Below are positions 26,310-32,000 of a DNA stretch of 32,000 bases, in pieces (position 1 is the first letter of the stretch; every line of letters begins with the position of its first letter). The notes beneath the pieces were generated by a model. That model was not told the origin of the DNA. It did no database searches and saw nothing but the letters and a program-made list of their open reading frames with translations. Made by a program: the position numbers and the translations under genes. The DNA is from Salmonella phage PMBT18, in the sequence record PP926505.1; one strand, written 5' to 3'.

Positions 26310-26399
26310 GGCGTGATGGAGATTAGCGCCCCCGACCTCCCCTTATATGTTGGTGTCGACTTGCCAACGGGGTGCTCTCTGATTCTGAGCTAATCACGC
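26310..26399 (-). ncRNA. tRNA-like element with enlarged anticodon loop and divergent D/T loops
   Basis: GCGTGAT/ATCACGC ends, GCTC/GAGC D-arm lacking GG, CCCC/GGGG stem enclosing 26 nt with GTTGG/CCAAC inside, T-loop-like CGCTAAT. Confidence 0.4.
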
Positions 26400-26806
26400 T
26401 ACAACAGGGAGTTTCGTTCTCCGACGGTCAAGTGCGTCCACTGACACCAGCGAGGTGGCTATTACGCCTCTATTCACACAAGCCCCTGAGACTAGGGGTT
26501 AACTGGTTTTGGGCTGCAAACCCGACTCCCACTGTGTTATTTCCCTCATGTTTAATACTTTACCGCAGCCCAGCTAATTTGAAAAGTCCTCTCCCCTTTG
26601 AGCTACACTGCCCACAGCAGTGCGGACGAACCTTCACTCAAAACCGGATGCGCCGAAGTGGGCAACTGTGTACCGGACTGATCGGGTAGACCCAGGAGAG
26701 AGCAGGTAATCCCGATCAGGAGGATGAGGAGTAATATCATGTAAAACATAGTGTTCCCTCCCTTCCATGCAACTAACTTTACTACAATTATTTATTGAAT
26801 AAAGCG

Positions 26807-27376
26807 TTATTTTAACACTTCTAACTTCACAACACGGCGCAGAAGATAAACATATTCATTAGATGCTTCATGCGACATATAATGTGTAGAGGGGGTAGAA
26901 TGGTTGTTCTGAGTTTCTTTTAACCCAACGCGTTCAGCCCAACCATTGATGGAGTTCCCGTAAAACCCGATAATCGCGCCGAAATAAATGCGCTGGCTCT
27001 CTGGCTCTAAAACATAGTTGACAGTGAAGCAAATATCAGAACGAATAGACTCCAGTTTCATACCAACACGACCTTCGGAGAATTCGTTACGAACATATAA
27101 ATGACGGAAACGATCGCGCCGCGCTTGTGATGATTCTTCCAATTCTTGTCGGAGTGAAGAAGTTACGTCAATATTAAATGAAAATGTTGGATTCTGTAAA
27201 TCGGAACGGGCCAACTCTAACGCAGATTCAACAACGCGACGGAAATTGATACTTTTACCTGTCAGGCGTTTCACTTCATCTGTGATTGTTCCAAAAGGGA
27301 TTTTCGTGGCGCGTTCCCCTTCGTATTTTGCCAATAAAGGAATAATGTGTTTCATGATTGCTGTGTTAATGTGCAT
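26807..27376 (-). CDS. Hypothetical protein
   Basis: 189 aa, GAGG upstream of start. Confidence 0.75.
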   Translation of the reverse strand: MHINTAIMKHIIPLLAKYEGERATKIPFGTITDEVKRLTGKSINFRRVVESALELARSDLQNPTFSFNIDVTSSLRQELEESSQARRDRFRHLYVRNEFSEGRVGMKLESIRSDICFTVNYVLEPESQRIYFGAIIGFYGNSINGWAERVGLKETQNNHSTPSTHYMSHEASNEYVYLLRRVVKLEVLK

Positions 27377-27412
27377 TTCGGAGCCTCGTCAAATTGATTA
27401 AATGTCTCCGTT

Positions 27413-27438
27413 ATTATATTGGAGATACGTTTATTGAA
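27413..27438 (-). promoter_or_regulatory. TTCAAT-N14-TATAAT promoter-like element with hairpin
   Basis: TTCAAT 27438-27433, TATAAT 27418-27413 inside the loop of TCTCC/GGAGA (27421-27425 and 27405-27409). Confidence 0.65.
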
Positions 27439-27692
27439 TATAAACGCAGGAATGGCCAATAAAATAATGACAGTGATTATTAATAGGTAAAAACTACTTT
27501 TCTACAACATCAAGAAACTGTATCTTAACGCGGTGCCCTTCGAGTTGTGAGTGTTAACGAACAACGAGAAGCAGCCTCCATGGCTGTGGAATGGGACTGC
27601 CTGTCAAGGCGGTGTTACGAGCGAGGGCGTCAGCCCCCTCGCGAGTATATTCGAATAAATTAAACGCGCGCGAGCGTTTTGATTCCCGTTGG

Positions 27693-27700
27693 CTAAATAT
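27693..27700 (+). promoter_or_regulatory. Late-promoter-like CTAAATAT
   Basis: 40 nt upstream of the baseplate wedge gene start. Confidence 0.5.
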
Positions 27701-27739
27701 CTTCAACACCATATTCAAACTCAGGTGATGGAGATTATC

Positions 27740-29521
27740 ATGGCCACGCAAACAGTTCCTTCACTCGACGTCAGAGCCTTTGAGTACATTATCAAACAGC
27801 GAATGAAAGCTGATCCCACCTTTAAAGATTATGACTTTGAAGGTTCTGGTCTTAGTGCGATTATTCGTTTGTTGGCATCTGACGCGAACGCCATAGCCTT
27901 TATGCAAAACATGCTTAATGGTGAAGGCCATTTGAAGACAGCAAATCAACGTTCAAACGTCGGATTATCTGCTGCATTTCTTTCCTACACGCCTGACAAT
28001 TATCGGGCAGCATACATGTATGTCAACATCAAAGTTACGCCTTATGACGCTAGCACAGCACCCAATGAGATCATCATGGATCGGCGCGTAATGTTCGTTG
28101 GGGCAAAAGACGGCAGTTCCTACAACTTTACTGTTGAGAAACCAGTGTCAGCAACGTTGACTGCAGACGGTTATTACATGTTCAACAATGTAAAGTTGAT
28201 ACAAGGGAATTGGTTGTACAAGACATATGATGTTGAAGGAAGCGCGATTTCAACATACACGATCCCTTCTGGGAATGTCGATATCAATCATATGGTCGTG
28301 CAAGTACAAGAATCAGAGTCTTCCGACGTTTCGACGACGTATCAACGTTACAACAGTCCATTTGACCTGAGCCAATATGCCTACCTGTATTTCGTAGAAT
28401 TGGGAATTGACGGTCTGTATGTATTTGAATTCGGAGATGGTTATCTTTCGCGTCGAGTAGAAGATGGGAACGTCATATTCCTTCAATACTTGGAAACTTC
28501 AGGTGCTGATGGAAATGACATCACAAGCCTGTCATCAGCGTCTTCCATAGGCGGGTTTAACCAAGTTGATGTAGAATTGGTTTCCGAACGTAGCGCGGGT
28601 GGGGACAATCCGGAATCCATTGAAGACACCAAACGGTTGGCTCCTTTAGCTTATCAGGCTGATGGTGCTGCGGTTACAGAAACAGATTATGGTGTATTGA
28701 CTGAAAGGTTATTCTCCAACGTTTCCCGAGCTAAATCATATGGCGGTGACACGCTGTCTCCTCCTGATTCTGGCTATGTTTACATCGCTGTTATACCTTC
28801 TGTTGGTGAGACACTTTCGGACGCTGAGAAGGCCGATATCGTTTCTGCTCTGGACAAGTATAATGTGGGATCTATCACCCCCAAAGTGGTAGATTCCGAG
28901 ATCACATATATCCAAGTCTCGACGACTATATTTTGGGATCCTACTTCTACAGTCTACGTTGAAGAACAGATGAAAGTTGTTGTTGGAAACAGTATCGTTA
29001 AATGGGGTGAAAATAATCTCGGCGGATTTGATCAATTGTTTGACAAAGAAATATTGCAGGAAGCAATTACAAAAATGGAGCGTTCTATTAACTCGAATAT
29101 TACTTCGGTTGGTTATAAACGCCATTTCAAACCTGATTATGGAGTCTTAGACAGTTTCACATTCAGTTATGGACGAAGTATCAAACCTGGTTCTGTGAAA
29201 ATAACGGGGTTCAAACCGCTTCCTGCCGAGGTGGATTTCACTTACTACATGCGCGACAATAATGGCGATTTGAACATGTATAAAGTGAATAACAATGACA
29301 CGACAAAAGAGTTTTTAGTTCAAAAAACAGGGGTTGTGGACTACGCCAACGGCGTCGTAGACCTTCAGCAGATTACGGTTTCAAACTATAATACTGAAGG
29401 AGTAACGATCGTTGTGCTACCAGATGGCCTGAACCAGAACATACAGGCTACGCAAAACCAAGTATTCAAGATTGGTGATGTGGTTGTTACGCCAGAGGTG
29501 CGCTATGTCCAAAGATCTTAA
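27740..29521 (+). CDS. 6: Baseplate wedge subunit, T4 gp6-like
   Basis: MATQTVPSLDVRAFEYIIKQRMKADPTFKDYDFEGSGLSAIIRLLASDANAIAFMQNML matches the gp6 N-terminal pattern. Confidence 0.85.
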   Translation: MATQTVPSLDVRAFEYIIKQRMKADPTFKDYDFEGSGLSAIIRLLASDANAIAFMQNMLNGEGHLKTANQRSNVGLSAAFLSYTPDNYRAAYMYVNIKVTPYDASTAPNEIIMDRRVMFVGAKDGSSYNFTVEKPVSATLTADGYYMFNNVKLIQGNWLYKTYDVEGSAISTYTIPSGNVDINHMVVQVQESESSDVSTTYQRYNSPFDLSQYAYLYFVELGIDGLYVFEFGDGYLSRRVEDGNVIFLQYLETSGADGNDITSLSSASSIGGFNQVDVELVSERSAGGDNPESIEDTKRLAPLAYQADGAAVTETDYGVLTERLFSNVSRAKSYGGDTLSPPDSGYVYIAVIPSVGETLSDAEKADIVSALDKYNVGSITPKVVDSEITYIQVSTTIFWDPTSTVYVEEQMKVVVGNSIVKWGENNLGGFDQLFDKEILQEAITKMERSINSNITSVGYKRHFKPDYGVLDSFTFSYGRSIKPGSVKITGFKPLPAEVDFTYYMRDNNGDLNMYKVNNNDTTKEFLVQKTGVVDYANGVVDLQQITVSNYNTEGVTIVVLPDGLNQNIQATQNQVFKIGDVVVTPEVRYVQRS

Positions 29522-30359
29522 TAATGGGCACAACGGGGTTAAGTATGAAACTCCGTTGTTCTACCAGAATGATTTCCCTCTGTTCATAGAATTTATGGAC
29601 ACGTTCTTCAATTGGTTGTATAGACAGCAGGGGTTCACTCAAGAAGAGATCTTGGCATATCTGGCAGATACGTCTAGTTGGATGAATCCTGAGAGTGAAG
29701 ATTCTCCTGTTAAACAACTCATAGATTTAAAGGCCGACAAAACGCCAGGCTCTGAAGCCAAAGATTATTTGTCTGATAAATTCTTGGTTCGTACCTTTGA
29801 GAACATGATGGCTCTGGATGCCGAAGAACTTTTAGATGCCGACGGAAGGCCGCTACTGTCAATAGAAGATAAGAACAAACAGATAGATGACTGGTATAAT
29901 GATTTTGGTTTCCAACGAACTGTTGATAAATCATTTCAGGAATTTGGTCATTTTATCCCAGTTGGTTCAGATTCTTTGCTGACGGCAACGGGAGACAGGT
30001 TCTCCGTTTACATTGAAGGAACTAAACGAAGAACTCTGGATCATCCACGTTGGTTGAAACTGTTAAAACATATCTATAAAATCCGCGGAACCAAGAAAGC
30101 AATTGAATTGTTCTTTTGGATATATTTTGGTTGTCCAGTCAGCGTCTATTTTACGAAAGAAGACATAGGCGGTCTGGACGGAAATTTTGAATGTGACGGC
30201 ACGACAGGGATGCGTGATGATTACTATTATGATGAATACACTTATGTTATAGGAGTCCCGGGCGACGTATCTGATTTTGAAGGTGTGTTTGAGCGCGTCT
30301 TCCGTCAGCATTTCCATCCTGCTGGATTTACTGTATTCCTAGAAAGCACAAGGAGCTAA
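29505..30359 (+). CDS. Putative baseplate wedge/tail-associated protein
   Basis: 284 aa following gp6-like gene; IYKIRGTKKAIELFFWIYFG resembles baseplate/tail-protein segments. Confidence 0.55.
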   Translation: MSKDLNNGHNGVKYETPLFYQNDFPLFIEFMDTFFNWLYRQQGFTQEEILAYLADTSSWMNPESEDSPVKQLIDLKADKTPGSEAKDYLSDKFLVRTFENMMALDAEELLDADGRPLLSIEDKNKQIDDWYNDFGFQRTVDKSFQEFGHFIPVGSDSLLTATGDRFSVYIEGTKRRTLDHPRWLKLLKHIYKIRGTKKAIELFFWIYFGCPVSVYFTKEDIGGLDGNFECDGTTGMRDDYYYDEYTYVIGVPGDVSDFEGVFERVFRQHFHPAGFTVFLESTRS

Positions 30360-30361
30360 AA

Positions 30362-31552
30362 ATGGCCGATTTCCTGAGTCAATATACAGGTCAGCAGATA
30401 GATCAGATATTGGGTTCTGTTGACGACAAAGTAAGTAAAAACGACGTCATTGATGATTTTGAAGTCAGTGACCCATTGTTTCCGCCTTCTGCTCGCCTGA
30501 CTTATGAGTTGAAAAGGTCTGTGGATACGATTAATGATACCCTGACCAACAAAGTTATAAGAACGGATAGTGGCGAACAGACAATCAACGGTAAGAAGAC
30601 ATTTAATGCGCTGTTGGTTACTAACGGGGGAATCCAAGTCCCCACTGGGAAATCTGTTTCAATCGCGGACGAACCAACCAACTCAACAGACGGTGTCAAC
30701 CTGAGTATGTTGAGGAAACATGGTGTCAGTGAAGACACCGCGCCAGATGGGTCTGGTTTGGCTGGGGAATTATTGACTTCCGGATATTACAAATTCAAAC
30801 TGGATTTTAACAGATTGGCTGCGTATACGGAATTAACTCTCCCAACATCAGTTCCCGTGCAAACAGATTCTGGAGTTCGCACATGGTCAATGACTGCATT
30901 TTTTGATGCGTTGTTTGCAGACAACCGATTTAATGGATATGTGACAACGACAGCGTATGACGCAGATATGCTGAGTCTAGAGTCCCAGATTAATAACATC
31001 AACACGTCGTTGAACGGGAAAGTAAACACCTCGACTTACAACACTAAGATGGCGTCGTTGGATTTGAGTATCTCCAATATCAACACGTCTCTGGGTAATA
31101 AAGTCGAGGTCAGCACATATAATACGAAGATGACTTCCTTGGACGGCAGTATCAGTTCTCTCACGACTGGTAAGGTCGATGTATCAACGTATAATGCCAA
31201 AATGACCACAATTGATAACAGTTTAGGGAACGCCGTTTATCGTACCAAAACGAATTTGTCGTCATACACGGTTTCGGCTTCGGGAACGACGGCTCTTCCC
31301 GATTTTGATTTGGTGAACCTTTGTCAAATACTGGTAACTGCGCAATGGGGGACAGGTAACGTTGTTGACACATATCGAGTAACCATAACTCGTGACGGAA
31401 CGATCAAATCAGAGTTGTTGGTTCAGAAAAGTACGAGCGGTACAGTGACGTTCACAGGGGCTGTGGTGGGTGGTAAATTGAGAATTTCCGTTGTTAATGC
31501 AAACACGACAACTGCTTGTTCTGTCGACTATTCTATTGCAGCTTCTTTCTAA
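30362..31552 (+). CDS. Tail fibre / structural protein with tandem repeats
   Basis: Repeated GKVNTSTYNTKM / NKVEVSTYNTKM / GKVDVSTYNAKM units between coiled-coil-like and beta-rich parts. Confidence 0.65.
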   Translation: MADFLSQYTGQQIDQILGSVDDKVSKNDVIDDFEVSDPLFPPSARLTYELKRSVDTINDTLTNKVIRTDSGEQTINGKKTFNALLVTNGGIQVPTGKSVSIADEPTNSTDGVNLSMLRKHGVSEDTAPDGSGLAGELLTSGYYKFKLDFNRLAAYTELTLPTSVPVQTDSGVRTWSMTAFFDALFADNRFNGYVTTTAYDADMLSLESQINNINTSLNGKVNTSTYNTKMASLDLSISNINTSLGNKVEVSTYNTKMTSLDGSISSLTTGKVDVSTYNAKMTTIDNSLGNAVYRTKTNLSSYTVSASGTTALPDFDLVNLCQILVTAQWGTGNVVDTYRVTITRDGTIKSELLVQKSTSGTVTFTGAVVGGKLRISVVNANTTTACSVDYSIAASF

Positions 31553-31554
31553 AA

Positions 31555-31562
31555 CTAAATAC
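31555..31562 (+). promoter_or_regulatory. Late-promoter-like CTAAATAC overlapping RBS hairpin
   Basis: Overlaps the left arm of AATACCCCTA (31558-31567) / TAGGGGTATT (31585-31594). Confidence 0.5.
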
Positions 31563-31598
31563 CCCTAGATGACATGAATACATTTAGGGGTATTACAA

Positions 31599-32000
31599 AT
31601 GGCCAACAAACCAACACAGCCTCTTTTCCCTTTGGGTTTAGAAACTTCTGAGTCTTCGAACATAAAAGGCTTCAACAACTCCGGCACTATTGAGCATTCC
31701 CCTGGTGCCGTAATGACATTTCCTGAAGATACTGAAGTTACAGGTCTTCCATCTTCTGTGCGTTACAATCCTGATAGTGATGAATTTGAAGGTTATTACG
31801 AAAACGGTGGTTGGTTGTCTTTGGGGGGTGGTGGAATACGCTGGGAAACGCTCCCTCACGCTCCCTCTAGCAATTTGTTAGAAGGTCGCGGCTATCTCAT
31901 TAATAATACGACAGGGGCATCTACAGTGGTTCTCCCTTCCCCTACACGTGTAGGGGATTCAGTTACAATTTGTGATGCCTATGGAAAATTCGCGACGTAT
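31599..32000 (+). CDS. Putative virion structural protein, truncated by window end
   Basis: MANKPTQPLFPLGLETSESSNIKGFNNSGTIEHSPGAVMTFPEDTE..., open to the window edge. Confidence 0.7.
   Translation, partial: MANKPTQPLFPLGLETSESSNIKGFNNSGTIEHSPGAVMTFPEDTEVTGLPSSVRYNPDSDEFEGYYENGGWLSLGGGGIRWETLPHAPSSNLLEGRGYLINNTTGASTVVLPSPTRVGDSVTICDAYGKFATY

Noticed and set aside
26770-26799. Eighth TTCAAT promoter-like element
   Set aside because: TTCAAT is present in a TTTATTGAATAAAG palindrome, but no TATAAT-like hexamer occurs 13-15 nt away. The same applies at 16851-16856 and 24823-24828.
31020-31200. CRISPR-like or DNA-level direct repeats
   Set aside because: The repetition is at protein level in a fibre gene (KVxxSTYNxKM units). 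No CRISPR array was seen anywhere in the window.
27740-31552. Antisense ORFs such as 28736-29125, 30502-30738 and 29487-29717
   Set aside because: They lie opposite well-supported structural genes and have no recognisable motifs or translation signals.

Overview
The window looks like part of a large T4-superfamily (contractile-tail) bacteriophage genome. I infer this from a near-complete rIIA-like gene with an rIIB-like start, a family B DNA polymerase with all expected motifs, a gp6-like baseplate wedge gene followed by baseplate and fibre genes, and a tRNA cluster invaded by HNH endonucleases. Four points stand out. (1) Two genes, possibly three, fit a thymine-hypermodification pathway: a putative amino-acid:DNA transferase (8063-9304), a P-loop protein resembling 5-hmU DNA kinases but carrying an N-terminal GIY-YIG nuclease domain (9835-11430), and a PLP-dependent enzyme (19468-20661). 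(2) A recurrent promoter-like element, TTCAAT-N14-TATAAT-like, occurs at block junctions, and its -10 sits in or beside the loop of a hairpin, often terminator-like. (3) T4-like late promoter motifs overlap ribosome-site-sequestering hairpins at two genes. (4) The tRNA region (22.4-26.7 kb) contains normal tRNAs plus tRNA-like elements with enlarged anticodon-loop regions, and long ORF-poor stretches with 16-22 bp inverted repeats. A stand-alone ADP-ribosyltransferase-like gene is also present. All calls are by eye from sequence and translated ORFs; no database search or folding program was run.
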